A DNA stretch of 64,000 nt from Eledone cirrhosa (lineage: Eukaryota), in assembly GCA_964016885.1 (NCBI GenBank), contig OZ024740.1, positions 403,868,001 through 403,932,000 on the forward strand, in the 5' to 3' direction. A model generated the notes under the pieces. That model was given only the letters and a program-made list of their open reading frames with translations, made no database searches and was not told the DNA's origin. Shown here one piece after another: positions 43,612-56,688 of the stretch. Made by a program: the position numbers and the translations under genes. Numbering within the stretch: the stretch's first letter is position 1; every line of letters begins with the position of its first letter.

Positions 43612-43822
43612 AACATAGACGCATGGTTAATGAGTTCACTCCCTTTGTGTGGCATCGTTGGAAAGTGTTAGATGCCATAGACTTGGGTCGACCCAAGCCT
43701 TGTAAGTGAAATTAAGTAGACGGAAACTGCATAGAGACCCGTAGGATGAACTGTACCTGTAATTCAAAGGAACAGTCTAATGCTGAATCTTTCTGAGAAT
43801 TACGTTAGGAGTACACGTGTTA
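43612..43822 (+). mobile_element. Diverged SINE-like repeat of a second family
   Basis: GGGTCGACCCAAGCCTTGTAAGTGAAATTAAGTAGACGGAAACTG resembles a common octopus-type SINE core. There is only one copy in this window, so it cannot be confirmed internally. Confidence 0.45.
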
Positions 43823-44249
43823 CTAGCACTTTAATTTCATTAGCCGGATGTTCCATTGATCTAACAACTGGAATATATTCATCGTGGAAACCGAAGAAGG
43901 TCCATTCCAGTGACTTAATTAAAGTGAAACTTTTTGTGTTCTCATATCGCTGAGAAATTACTGAAGTATTCGACACGCAATCATAGTTATTCATATATTT
44001 TGAGAAGAAACAACGCATTGTGCCTGATCTAATAAAAAGAGAAAACAGAAAACTTTCACAATTTTCCTCCCCAGAGCATCATATATCTCCCCTTAGTTTT
44101 ATATATTTAGGGAGCCCAGGTTAACCGGAGATTCTCTCCTTGGTAGCATTATCTGCTAGAGATAATAGTCAACTTACTCGTAAATAACAAACTGACGTAT
44201 TTTAAAAGGTCAATTTAGATAATAGTATAAGTATATGTATCTCTTCTCA

Positions 44250-44890
44250 ATTGTAATCGATTGTGTATTGATATAAGCTATTTATGAAAAGTCAAAATGA
44301 TTGGTAAGGAGAAGCAGAGTATCTGACCTTAAGTATCCTGATTACATTGTTCTAATGTCAGAAGAGTTATATCGAGCACAAGAAGTATTAGAAAGAGTAA
44401 AGAAGGTTGAGAAAGTTGGTATGTTCATCAATACTAAGAAAACAAGCTTAAAACTATTAAATGATATAGACCAAGGGATCATAATCTCAAAATCTGGTCT
44501 ATAACTATAAGTTGTTAACAATTTTAATTGAATAGGAGTTTATGTAACCAACTCGGAAAAATATAGCAACAAAAGAAAAAAAGCAATTAGATGGCAAGTA
44601 TGTCATAAACTACGAAAGATCTGGAAAACACCCCCCGAGAAAGAGTATTAAGATCAGACAGGTTTTAGCAATGCTTGAATCAGTCTTGTTATACGGTTGT
44701 AAGACGTGGACATTCACACAGAGGGTTGAAAATCAGCTTGATAGAATATGCTCTAACAAGTTACGGATGGTTCTTAACATCACTTGGAAGAGTCTCACCC
44801 GCAATGATTGCCCTTGCTTACTACTGGAATTTGAGACAGACGAAAATATACAGTTTTTTCGCCTGCGTCGGTGGGCTGACTAGCCTCATC
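44250..44890 (+). pseudogene. Decayed RTE-like non-LTR retrotransposon reverse transcriptase (C-terminal part)
   Basis: SDLKYPDYIVLMSE...AQEVLERV...KVGMFINTKKT is a degenerate (Y/F)ADD region. ESVLLYGCKTWTFT...LRMVLNITW is a typical RTE C-terminal motif. The frame is broken by stops and frameshifts. Confidence 0.8.
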
Positions 44891-45401
44891 TGCATGCGAA
44901 GCTGTATTAGTTGGCTCAACTTAAAAGTAGAGTTAAAATTTAGTTTCGGCATAGCTGTATACACACATATATGTGAATTTCGTATATCTATATATTTACG
45001 CTAGCCATGCCAGAAATAAATTGCACTTTCAAAATAATAAACAGATAGTCGAATGAGTTGAAATGCTTAAACAGAAGAAAACAAACAAGGAACTTCTGAC
45101 AGCCTACCGAAGTCTCCACCCAACTGTAAATATAGATATAATACACCCATGCCTCACACAAGAAGGGTGTAGTCTGATACAAATAGAACATTTCTATAAA
45201 ATAACAATCGGAGTAGAAAATATTTAAAACACAAACAGAGGGAGGTTTATACGTCTAATAAATAAACAGGGTAAAACATCGCTATAGACAAACGATAAAT
45301 TATAAACTAGAGCTAACTACACTGAAACAACTTAGGAATAATTTAAACACAAGTCCAGTAATTGATGTGGAGTGGAAAGTCGATTATATTGATCCGAGTT
45401 C

Positions 45402-45605
45402 TTGTTTCTAATAAAGACAAATTGCTATCAATTTTGAGGGGAGGGAAAAGTCGACTATATCCGACCCCAGTATTTGACTAATACTTTATTTTATAGACTA
45501 TAGAAGGCTGAAAGGCAAAGTTAACCTTGGCGTGATTTGAACTCAGAACGTAAATTACTCTAACTAAATTCAACAAGGCATTTTTCCGACGTATAATTAA
45601 CATCG
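45402..45605 (-). mobile_element. tRNA-type SINE, family A, diverged
   Basis: Reverse-complement core GAAAGGCAAAGTTAACCTTGGCGTGATTTGAACTCAGAAC. Confidence 0.85.
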
Positions 45606-45726
45606 CTAGAATTTGTTGACGAAGCACGATAGCATTATACATTTGAGATGGATGAATGTAAAGTTCTTATCTTCCTTGCGAAAATATTAAAGATGCAACG
45701 GGTATGAAACATTTTACACTAATAAT

Positions 45727-45928
45727 GGTTTCTTATATAGGCACAAGGCCAGCAATTTTGAGGGAGGGGAAAGTCGATTAAATCGGCGCCAGTGCGTGAC
45801 TGGTACTTTGTTTCATCGACCCCGTAAGGATGAAAGGCAAAGCTATCCTCGGCGGAATTTGAACTCAGTACGTAAAGGCTCGTAATTCTATGCCAAAAAG
45901 CACTATCGATTCTGCTAATCCACCACCC
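45727..45928 (-). mobile_element. tRNA-type SINE, family A
   Basis: GGCACAAGGCCAGCAA...ATCGACCCCGTAAGGATGAAAGGCAAAG...TTTGAACTCAG...AATCCACCACCC, with CACTAATAAT repeated at both flanks. Confidence 0.9.
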
Positions 45929-46124
45929 TGTTTTCCACTAATAATAAAAAGGTGATTGTATTTCCCAGGTCATCATTACGATAATTAAATGAGTAAAAAT
46001 CTAAATTTAAGGATATTAACTTGGTTTTATATAGCCTAACACGGTGTTTCTTGGGCATTTTAAGCCAGGCTGAGCCCATCCCTCTCCAGGCCTGAGTACA
46101 GCAGATTTCTTCCTGAGAAGAACC

Positions 46125-46272
46125 GATTCCAGTACTAGACTGGTATATTTTTTATCGACCTCGAAAGGATGAAAAGCAAAGTTGACCTCGGCGGGATTTG
46201 AATTCAGAGAACAGAAAGCCGGAACGAATACCAGAAAGCATTCTATCCGATGTTCTAATGACTTTGCCGCCT
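46125..46272 (-). mobile_element. tRNA-type SINE, family A, partial
   Basis: TTATCGACCTCGAAAGGATGAAAAGCAAAGTTGACCTCGGCGGGATTTGAATTCAG. Confidence 0.85.
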
Positions 46273-46843
46273 ATTATACTCACTCTAGTAACTTTTGAAT
46301 CATCGTTTACTGAGAGATAGTCATCTAGATTTACTAAACTTCTCCTAATTCGTTTCACATGATTGCATTGATAAGGCAATGACTGATTTTACAAAGATAA
46401 ACTGTAACTTAACCATCGTGTGGCACGGTAATTGTATATGAGCTATTTTTAAAAATGTGAGTATCGAAAACACAAGGGTTTTAACAACAACGATGACAAA
46501 TAAAGGGTTCTTAAATTCTTTCAAGTTCATTATTCTCTAAATATATCTTTACATGAGAAGTGTATTTTCCCTGGTATGAAGGGCCAAATCCCCTGCACGT
46601 TGTTCGTTATATTAAGGTAATAGCCTTTTAAAATGCAGTTCATTTTTTTTTTATTGATTATCGAACATACTATGCTTACTTGTAAAAAATTACTTCTTGA
46701 ACGATGCAGTAGATTCAAGTAGGATGGGATGTGATGATACATGAGATGTACATGGAGAAATTAACGTAGTTAAAATGTTTACCCCTGAGAATAATACATT
46801 TAGAAAATATTTCATAGAAAAAATGTCAAATGTCTGAATAATT

Positions 46844-47017
46844 GTTTCTACTTTTGGCACAAGGCCAGCAATTATCCCAGCGTATTATTGGTACTTTATT
46901 TTATCGACCCTGTAAGGATGAAAGGCAAATTTAACCTCGGCGGGATCATAAAGGGAGGTAACTCTATGCTTCAAAGCATGGCGTCCGACCCTCTACCGAT
47001 ACTGCCAATCCACCGCC
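46844..47017 (-). mobile_element. tRNA-type SINE, family A, with TSD
   Basis: Near full length with a small internal deletion; flanked by CAAATGTCT(G/T)AATAATT at 46827-46843 and 47018-47034. Confidence 0.95.
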
Positions 47018-47664
47018 CAAATGTCTTAATAATTTTGATCACTTAAAATGTCATGAAATGGTTAATGTTAAGTATTTCCTGTGTATTCGTGAAATTTCAA
47101 GTATAGCATTTAAACTTTGGTTCTATTGTAATTATTTTCGCATATCATCAGTCACTTAACTATTCTATATAGACAGCCTTTATTTATCCTCAAGCGCTGC
47201 TTTGTCTGAACAATACAAATAAGTCAATTTTGGTCAAATTCTGTCAACAAATATTTTTGTCTTCTACTTCCTGTTCAGCGTCTTCAAATTAGTTTATTCT
47301 TATTCTTGATGTTTTGTATAGAAACTTAGCTTAAAGTACTTTTTATTTTTATTTTTGAGAGCAGGTCGAGGATGGCAGTTGATTCTCCTGAGACAAATGT
47401 GAATCATAAGTATAAGGTGATGTGTCTGGGTTAACGATTACTGGTCCTTCCATATGCAACTTGTTATCGTGACTGAGGCAGTATCAACTGTAAACCAATA
47501 CCATCCGGTCAGCCTTATGAATGCTTCGTGAAAAAAAGTGGGACATGGCTTAATCTGTGCTCTCTGTCGTATAGAGATATCGAAGCTATTTTGCGCCTCC
47601 TTCTCAACATGTGTAAACCACATCAGTGCCGTTGGGATGCTACCAATGACAAGTTTGAACCACA

Positions 47665-48880
47665 CTCGTACACCACGTCCGTCATCTGCTACCGCCTGAC
47701 CGTCGTGTCTTGTCCCCGTTTGCACCTCGCCAAATAGAGACGGCTCCTCTTCAAATTCTTGTGGAGGGGACAGGTACCGTTGATGAGGCGGTCCATCTGC
47801 TGTCATCACCCACTACGCGGAGGGCTGGGCGTGCCGGGGCTAATGATGAGCAAACATGCGCTGTGGCTGCGGCATCTCCAGATATTCTACCTAAACGTTG
47901 AACAGGTGTGGTTACCGTTTGTGAGACAGGCCTTTCTGTAGCTCGTGTCTTTGACTGATCTGCAGTCCTGGTTCAAGAAGAGATCGAGACTGAGCGCCTG
48001 GCATCTGGAATGTTGCATGCGCTCACTGCCCTCTACCAGGCGGACAACGCAATCAGTGGAACTTCCACCCTCGAGTTCTATAGAGGATTAGTTGTGAGCA
48101 AGTGCCATGACGTATTCTGGACGTCGGGGAAGTCGAACTGACCAGTCTGTTCCGGAGGACTTTCAAGCCGGGGACTATGGATAGCTTCCAGAAATCCCTC
48201 GCTTTGCAGTGCTACCGGGGGGCGCTGCCGGTTCGAGATAAACTCTACAGGCACAGAAGTATTGTCAGACAGACCTACCCGAGATGCACACAGAGCGACG
48301 AAACCGTTCTGCACGCACTCGTCCAGTGTCCGTGCATTACTGACTTGTGGAGTTATGTCGAATAGCTGTTGTCACGTGCAGGACGGATCCGGCTATCGAT
48401 CGAGTCTATAGTGAAGATCATCCCGCCGCCTTCATTTAGGCGGGAAGGGCAGGCAGTTTTCCTCTGTCTGGTGACAGTAGCGGAAAAGGTTGTGTGGTGG
48501 ACCAGGTTGAAAGGACTGAAGACAGACACTTTTATCTTCGGCCAATCTTTCATCACCTTTTTCAAGTTTTACTTGGAAAGGAAGGTGAGGGTGGAGATAG
48601 AAGTGCTGCCCCCCAGTACATTTGCTGAAAGGTGTGTAAATGTGGCGAGAATAGGCCTACTCTGAGTATACGCCTGTAGGCTAGTTAATTTGAGGGGGAT
48701 GGGTGCCCTTACCGGGTGCTCTCGAAGCGTCGGGTGGTTCAGGATTGGCTATCTGAGTAGCCCCTGGGTGGTTCGCGTCTCTATTGAGAAATTTATTTTG
48801 TTATATTTTTATTGTTAATTGTTTTTGTTATTGTGATATTTACCCGATTCTATTGTAAACCCCCACTCTCTCTTTGTATT
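47665..48880 (+). mobile_element. 5'-truncated L1/Tx1-clade LINE remnant (ORF2 C-terminus with zf-RVT-like region and 3' UTR), pseudogenised
   Basis: VICYRLTVVSCP...LLFKFLWRGQVPLMRRSICCHHPLRGGLGVP contains the FLW and GGLG motifs. RGALPVRDKL...TYPRCTQSDETVLHALVQCP is a degenerate CxxC..H..C knuckle. Several stops and frameshifts; ends in a trinucleotide tract. Confidence 0.85.
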
Positions 48881-48883
48881 GTG

Positions 48884-48924
<41 letters not shown>

Positions 48925-48960
48925 TGTAGTTGTTGTTGTTGTTGTTGCTGCTGCTGCTGC

Positions 48961-48994
<34 letters not shown>

Positions 48995-48997
48995 GCA

Positions 48998-49031
<34 letters not shown>

Positions 49032-49037
49032 TTATTA
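48884..49037. repeat. Compound (GTA)n(GTT)n(GCT)n microsatellite at the LINE 3' end
   Basis: Direct reading; source of the poly-V/A/T/S/C ORFs. Confidence 0.95.
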
Positions 49038-49686
49038 TCACGTTATTCATGTGAATGAATCCACATCTTAGAATTTACTAACAACATAACTTTTCAACTT
49101 TCAAGGACTTCGAAATAATTTTAATAACCAGGTTTCTCTATATAAAAATTATTGTGAAGTAGGATCACGTTAGCTTAGAAATATTTCGATGTGAATCTTA
49201 ACATCAGTCAAATTATACAGTACATAACACTTTCAGAATTAGAAGTTACTGCAATGCTAAGCGAAGGGGATTGGCCTGTTCTGACATCATATCCTTCATA
49301 AAGTATTGTATTGTGCAAAATAGTCTGCTTTGTATTTCACTCTTTCTAACGCAGAGAGGATTTCATGTTTGTATTGATATTAGCAACTTTCAAATGTTTT
49401 AATTATAAGCTTCTATTTTAACCTTTTTTTCCTTTTTAATATTATTTAACCAACACTTTTAACGCAATAGATTTAAAAATTTAAGTATGTATACGTACAT
49501 ACATATATGTGTACAGACGTACAGTAGTATGTATATATATACATACATGCACACATATATATATGTACGTATGGGTTTACCGAACATTTATTATAATGTT
49601 CGGTTTGTTTGTAAACAAACAGCCCGAATTACGCCGTACAGTGCTCGGCAACCATCGTCGCCCTTTTGTTCAACACTGATACAGGA

Positions 49687-49729
49687 ACGATGTACTAGTT
49701 TCAAGCTTATTAGCTATTGTCAGCATCGT
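49687..49729 (-). ncRNA. Minimal type I hammerhead ribozyme with mutated core (CUGACAA)
   Basis: Minus strand reads ACGATG CTGACAA T AGCT AATA AGCT T GAA AC TA GT A CATCGT. Perfect 6-bp stem I; G8>A at a CpG, so likely inactive. Confidence 0.75.
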
Positions 49730-49958
49730 ATACCTTTCTGTCAGATGATTGAACGTTTAAAAGTATATACTTTTCTTATGCATATTAACGGCTGAGCAGC
49801 CTAATTTGCATATCGAGTGAGTTAGTCGGCCGGGCGCACCGAAAACGATAAATGGAAAAGAATGAAACGAAATATGAAACGAATGCATAAGGAATGAAAC
49901 GAATATGCATAAGGAAAGTATATACATTCAAACGTTCAATCATCTGACAGAAAGGTAT

Positions 49959-50001
49959 ACGATGCTGACGATAGCTAATAAGCTTGAAACTAGTACATTG
50001 T
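49959..50001 (+). ncRNA. Minimal type I hammerhead ribozyme
   Basis: ACGATG CTGACGA T AGCT AATA AGCT T GAA AC TA GT A CATTGT. CUGANGA and GAAA boxes, stems I and II, palindromic stem III ACUAGU, GUA cleavage triplet (cut predicted after 49995). Confidence 0.88.
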
Positions 50002-51935
50002 TCCTGTGTCAGTGTTGAACAAAAGGGCAACGATGGTTGCCGAACACTGTACGGCGTAATTCGGGCTGTTTGTTTACAAACACACCGAACATTATAATAA
50101 ATGTTCGGTAAACCCATATGTACATATATATATATGTGTGCATGTATGTATATATATACATACTACTGTACGTATGTACACATATATGTATGTACGTAAA
50201 CATACTTATATTTAGGTATCAGCCGTACTAAGAGTGAGAAATGAAATTTCGTTTCATTCTTTTCCATTTAAAAATTAATTCTCTGTTTAAATCTGTCTGT
50301 GGTTCACTTAAACTTTCATCTCATTAAAAATATGAACCAAACATATAATGGGCTCCATTTGGTTGTTTTACTCCTCGTTCACAAATACATGTCTTTGTGA
50401 TAATATCAGTATTTTCTTTCTCCCAAATAAAACATTTATTAATACGATATATAACTTGAAATTAAGAAGAAAATTAGTATAAATGAAAATGAGTTAGTTT
50501 TAATCAATTTCTTCGCAAGTTGCTTTGAGGAAATATGAATTCTCACTCCAACCTTTCCTTAGAATGCCAAGATTCTGTTCAGCTATAGCATATTGTACGC
50601 CAATGCATTCAAAGCATCATCTTGAAATTCGATGAAGTTAGACTTAAGCAATAACCCGAACGATTATCACTTTAACAGAGTCTACAACATCGACCCTCAT
50701 ATCCATGCTTATTCAGGGCATAACTTGTACCATAATGTGAGTAGCAAACAATAATGATGAAACTAAGGCTGTGGTGGATATATTAAAGGAAATTTATAAC
50801 TATTCCAGTTATATGACACTGGCAAATATGAAGCTTACAAAATCACGTAGAATACAAAAATGGTGCTTCAGCATGGCCATTGCCGAAATAGCTAGAAAAA
50901 AGCTAAGAATGGAATAGTATCTCAAATTTAATGGCTCATCTCAATTATGAAAGACGTATATGTGTTTAATTCGTAAATATAAAGACCGCTGTAGTTTTTC
51001 TTTTAATCTCATAAATACGTTTTAACTTTACAATAGTTCACTCGTTTTTTTCTGTATCCCTAACAAATAGTTTCTCTACAGTATAAACGCAAGTTTCTGG
51101 GTCAGTTTCGTTTAAGGTAGACAAATGAAAGAATACTGCAGCATATAGAGTATGTCACCCTCTGCCATTCCCCCTCTCTTTCTTTCATTCTTTCTTTGCC
51201 TAATAGTCCTTGCTCTTTCCCTCCTTTTCCTCTCATTTATAACATTTATAGTCTTTTCCTTTACTTTACTATACAACCAGATCTACTCTACTTTACGCCT
51301 TTTCCTTTTTCTCCTTTTTTTTCATTTCTTAATTTTATTTTTATCCCTTTCTTAATATATTCGTCATTGTTTAACTTTTGTTCAATAAATAGTTACTATC
51401 TTAGTTTTAAATATTGTTTCATCAGTTTAATGTAAAACGAGTAAATTTAGTGTAGAGTCCACAAAGATCCCTGGCTTGTTAGGCGGGATCAAATACTATT
51501 TGATAAGATGTTTCAGTGTTTGCATAATTTTATGACTGTACTTCACTTTTGATATCCTGACCTCAATTGAAACTATGCAATGTATCACAAAATTGGTTTT
51601 ACCTTTACATTATATCGTGATTATCATAATTAATGTTTGTCATTCCTAGTGAAACAGACTATAATGTTTCCTCGAAAACAGGATATCTCGTTTCATTTTC
51701 AAGTCTGCAACAACCTAAGGTACAGATAAAATTGCTGAGCGGAGAAATTAGAGTTATAAGTTCAAACCAAACATTCCTTCAGATCACTTAGATATCAGGA
51801 AAATATACCATATCAATTAAGAGTAACGCACGTGAATGACTATACAAGGATATTTATCTCACATTCGTTTCGTATAATAAAATCAGAATTGAGCAGATGA
51901 TTTGGATATAAAGAACAGTTAATATTTACATGTCG

Positions 51936-52060
51936 ACCTTTATGATCTGAGTTCAAATCCCGCCGAGGTTAACTTTGCCTTTCATCCTTACGGGGACGAT
52001 AAAATAAAGTACCAGTAATACACTAGGATAATTGCTGGCCTTGTGCCCAAAATAGAAACA
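51936..52060 (+). mobile_element. 5'-truncated family A SINE with 15-bp TSD
   Basis: Core and tail present; AATATTTACATGTCG at 51921-51935 and 52061-52075. Confidence 0.95.
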
Positions 52061-52828
52061 AATATTTACATGTCGCTAGTACGTCATTTTAATTAACTGT
52101 TTCAACTCTAATTGGAATCCACGTCGTTAGCCATTTATTCTATTCCTAATTATCGAATCAATTTCGTACATACAAATTGAGTCAGGGAAATGGAGTAACT
52201 AAGGTACAAACAAAGTTTTCTACACATGAAAGGTTACGCAAATATACATAAAAGATTAGGTAAATATACTGGCTTGGGTAGTTAGGTAAAAATATACAGA
52301 TAAAATTAATCTCAAGTATATTTAAGTAGTTAGACAAATAAAGCAAGAAAAATGTTAAGTATAAATAACAATGCCTATTTTAACATTGCATGTTGTTTTT
52401 CCTTTTGCTTTTTGTAAATAAAATAATTCTAACACTGGTATATATATATATTCTTTAAAAGGTCTGTGGAAGCATTTCTAAGAATAAAATACTTCGATAT
52501 AACAGTTGTTTTCATGAATCATTCCTGGGAAGAACACTGTAGTAAACGTATCAAATGAAGTGTTTTAATTGTGATTGGGTTGATGTACGATAACTGTATT
52601 GTAAATACGCTTGACTTTGCTATTTATGTATATCAGGTAAAATGCTTATCATTTCTTTGTATATATATATATATATAATATAGTAATAATAATGAATGCG
52701 AAGACTAAAATTGAAAGAGGGATCGATAAGGATAAATATATATCAAATATATGAGAACCCAAGAGCAAAAATGTATTAAGCAGCAATTCTTTGCTTAAAC
52801 TTTAATCTGTTATTTTAATAAATAATTA

Positions 52829-52949
<121 letters not shown>

Positions 52950-53029
52950 ATTCCGGGTTGAATCGGAGGTAACCACAGTAAGTAAGGTACTCGATACATA
53001 GCAGAGTGTAAAAGTTTTAATATAGATGA

Positions 53030-53078
53030 GATTCTACAGGACTAGAACTGTTTCATTCTTTAGAAATCATCAGGAATC
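53030..53078 (-). ncRNA. Type I hammerhead ribozyme
   Basis: Minus strand reads GATTC CTGATGA T TTC TAAA GAA T GAA ACAG TTCTAGTC CTGT A GAATC. 5-bp stem I, 3-bp stem II over U.U, 4-bp stem III, GUA site. Confidence 0.85.
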
Positions 53079-53079
53079 T

Positions 53080-53128
53080 GATTCCTGATAATTTCTAAAG
53101 AATGAAACAGTTCTAGTCCTGTAGAATC
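53080..53128 (+). ncRNA. Inverted copy of the same hammerhead with mutated core (CUGAUAA)
   Basis: Identical to the 53030-53078 motif except G8>A. Confidence 0.7.
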
Positions 53129-53138
53129 TCATCTATAT

Positions 53139-53240
<102 letters not shown>

Positions 53241-53420
53241 CGCGAGAAAAACCACAAACTCTCTATCTCAATTCTACTTTTGAAAAGCATAAAAAATGTG
53301 AAACCGGTAAAGAAAAAAAAAACATTCTTAAAAAGACTCCAGCTGCAATTTAGATTTTTTTCCTTATACTTTCACTCGTGCAGGACATCTCGTTTTTTTT
53401 TTTCATTTATAAAAAACCTC

Positions 53421-53551
<131 letters not shown>

Positions 53552-54305
53552 TAGATATATTTAATACATTAACAGAGAAAGCTTTAAGCTATATTCTGAC
53601 TGGCTTCCATCTCACTCAACAAACATTAGGATATACCTTAGTATAATCCCAATTTTACGTTTGTGGTGCTAACTATATGTATTTTGCGGAAAGCCAGTTG
53701 TATTATTTTATATGAGACATAATTAAAATATATCTCCCTTTCCAAACAATTATTTCATTATTAGTTTTCTACAAGTTGGGAAAATGTGTCCAGGTTATGT
53801 AGAAGCCTGCACACATTCCGTAGGAACATATGCAGGTGGGCACTTATAAATCATCAGTGGATGCCCGTCAAACATCGATATAAAAAAAACTCTCTTACCG
53901 ATGTCGAATCCAATGTTAGCGCTGGTCTCCCTCCGTATCAGAATGACCGCCAAATTTGAAATTCCAGCAGTCTCAGAATGAGAAATCTCACACTGTCATC
54001 AAGCGGAAAGGGGAGGTTATCGCGAAACATAAGAAAGTAAAATAATATACACGCGGGTCAATTAATTTTTTCAACAATTTTAACCTTGCGTGTGAAGAAC
54101 TCCATTAGATTTTAAAAAATAAATATATGCATGTATTATTTATACACGCATATAGGCATTTTCTTAGGCTAAAAACAGAGATATGATACCAGAATAACAA
54201 TCAATATTTCATAATAATAATAAATACGGAAATTTACGCTTAAAAGGTATCTGGAAATATTCATCTCAGGCCAAAATGAGGTTTTTTATTATATATATAT
54301 ATATA

Positions 54306-54669
54306 GTCGTGAAAGAGTGAAGAATAACATGGTCAGCTGTACAAAAAGGGTTTTATTTACAGTATTAACAATTGTTTCATTTATCAGGTGTTTCATTCAT
54401 AGAGTGATTTGCGGCCTTTAGACTCACCTGATCAATGAAACGATTGTTAATACTATAAATAAAACCCTTTTTGTACAACCAACCATGTTATTCTTCACTC
54501 TTTCACTATTATTACTCCAAGAATGACCTGCATGGGAATTCTCGCAAACTCGCTACCTAACTAAGGAAATCTCTTGTTGAGTTAAACAACGCCGTACGTT
54601 AAAACTATCCATAGTACAGAGTACTCACAACCTCTAACTGGATTACCTAAAACGATAACCTGTTATCCC
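54306..54669 (+). mobile_element. Short 5'-truncated copy of the Penelope-like family at 57392-60018 (terminal repeat only, with inverted 5' duplicate)
   Basis: About 54404-54669 aligns with ~59766-60018 and ends at the same GTTATCCC|ATATAT junction. Inverted arms at 54309-54390 and 54425-54506; (TA)n on both sides. Confidence 0.85.
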
Positions 54670-54690
54670 ATATATATATATATATATATA

Positions 54691-55275
54691 GTTTTAGTTT
54701 TGTGAGGTTTTTTATATGAAATCGTGTGTCGAAACTAATATTGTTATACTTGGGGAAGGTCATATTATTGGTAATAATATTGCCAGAATTAATAACAGAA
54801 CACACTCACTGTTTGGTTGGTTTTCGCTTTTGTATCTTTTATATCGGTTAATTTAATTTATTCGGTCCTCAATGTTTACCATTGACTGACCAACGGTCAA
54901 AAATACAGATATAATATAGACACAAACACATATATATATAGTCTAACAAAGTTCTTTCGTTGCACATCTGCAACATCGTCAGTGGTGCTATTATATTTCC
55001 TCCTGTTGTATTGTATGTCTACGCCATCTTTATTTAATCTGTTTATTTATTTATTTATTTATTTTTGTCTTCTTCTCTGCGCATGCGTTTGCGTGTGTGT
55101 ATAGTGTTTGATGTGTGTTCGTGTTTGGGTGACTGTGTTTTGGTTATTGTATTCTATCTTAGTTTACTAGTGTGTGTTTATATGTGTTTGTTGTTATTGT
55201 GCTTGTGTATGTATTATTTATTTATTTATTTATATTTCTCTTAGATCAATATTGTTTGTTTGGATGTTGTTGTTA
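54691..55275 (-). mobile_element. Probable 3'-terminal fragment of another Penelope-like family with a degenerate hammerhead
   Basis: Bounded by (TA)n. Minus strand at 54987-54944 reads CACCA CTGACGA T GTTGCA GATG TGCAAC GAAAG AA CT T TGTTA, with a perfect 6-bp stem II but weak stems I and III, ~250 nt from the terminus. Confidence 0.45.
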
Positions 55276-55389
55276 TTATATATATATATATATATATATT
55301 GTGGAGAGTTGGGTATTAACAGTCCGAATTGTTTTTCCATTGACTCTGGTTTCATAGACTGTTAAACGAAAAAACAATATGTAAAATAT

Positions 55390-55567
55390 AATTGTTTCTA
55401 GTTTTGGCACAAGGCCAGCAATTACTGATACTTTATTTTCTCGACCCCGTAAGAATGAAAGGCAAAGTTAACTTCGGCGGGATTTGAACTCAGAATGGCA
55501 AGGGCCGTAACTCTATGCGTCAAAGCATGGCGTCCGACCTTCTACCGATACTGCCAATCCACCGCCT
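55390..55567 (-). mobile_element. tRNA-type SINE, family A, with TSD
   Basis: Full head and core; ATATGTAAAATAT at both flanks. Confidence 0.93.
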
Positions 55568-56004
55568 TTATATGTAAAATATGTAAAATATAACGTAGGA
55601 ACATCTTATTCAGGTCATCCATTAGTTGGTCCAGATCACATGGTGATGCTGTGGGGTGGGTTCTTATTTAATTAGTTACTTAAATACGCATATATATCTC
55701 GCATGTGCTACTCCACGTGCATGCATACTCACACGCATATACATATATACGTTCAAATGTATATAAAACCCACACGCGCTTACAAAGATGTACACAAACT
55801 CATACATCAACGCATACACACATGTATGGGTAGATACTTACCCCTATACACTCTATCTGACAAGTGAGGATACATGACACACAAATATATACACCTTTGT
55901 AAAAAGACAGATCGAAAAATGTATACGAATATACAAGAGGTTTTATGTACTATATAGAAATATCTGGAATACCGAAGAGTCGTTCAAAGGTGGATTTAAA
56001 ACAG

Positions 56005-56225
<221 letters not shown>

Positions 56226-56483
56226 TACACAAATAACCTTCTCTTTCTGTGGTAAAATCCTATGTGTTCCGACTTGGAGGGGCATGGGCTCCGCTAAGTG
56301 TAAAATACCCCTGAGGCACTGTGTATCAGAATGGTGCTCCAATGACTCAATCAGGAATTAAGATACCTTTACCTTACCTTTTCTTTTTTTTCGAAATACT
56401 CAAAAATACAAAATATGAAAAACAGCTATATCAATAAACAAAGAAATTAGTTGAGAATTATAGAAATCATATCTAAAATTGGA

Positions 56484-56688
56484 AACTGTTCATAAGTACA
56501 TAACTATATATATATAAGCCAGATACTCAACTGTTCATAAACACATAACTATATAGATATTAGAAATATAAGCCAGATACTCAACTGTTCATAAACATAA
56601 CTATATAGATATTAGAAGCATAAGCCAAATACTCAACTGTTCATAAACACATAACTATATAGATATTAGAAACATAAGCCACATACTC
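56484..56688. repeat. ~54-bp minisatellite, 4 copies
   Basis: Unit AACTGTTCATAAACACATAACTATATAGATATTAGAAACATAAGCCAGATACTC starts at 56484, 56529, 56583 and 56635. Confidence 0.92.

Larger units (their letters stand above)
49482..50270. mobile_element. Candidate retrozyme insertion 1: two head-to-head copies of a non-coding hammerhead-bearing unit
   Basis: Inverted arms 49482-49786 and 49902-50208 (~305 bp) each contain a hammerhead motif. Flanked by 11-bp direct repeat ATTTAAAAATT at 49471-49481 and 50266-50276. Homologous to 60078-61279. Confidence 0.8.

Noticed and set aside
40144-47000. Short 60-110 aa ORFs as host genes
   Set aside because: No recognisable domains except the RTE remnants; several overlap SINEs.
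48812-49071. Poly-V/A/T/S/C ORFs (also YI, ER, SL, HT and CV repeat ORFs elsewhere)
   Set aside because: These are translations of microsatellites.
49487-50203. Paralogous ORFs [11 protein letters not shown]... on opposite strands (also MFGESIR... at 60746/61174)
   Set aside because: They are by-products of the repeated non-coding unit; frames are not conserved between subfamilies and composition is microsatellite-like.
49482-50270. MITE or foldback DNA transposon interpretation
   Set aside because: The arms are unequal, the inner junctions differ between loci, the sequence is circularly permuted and it carries a hammerhead. This fits retro-insertion better than fixed terminal inverted repeats.
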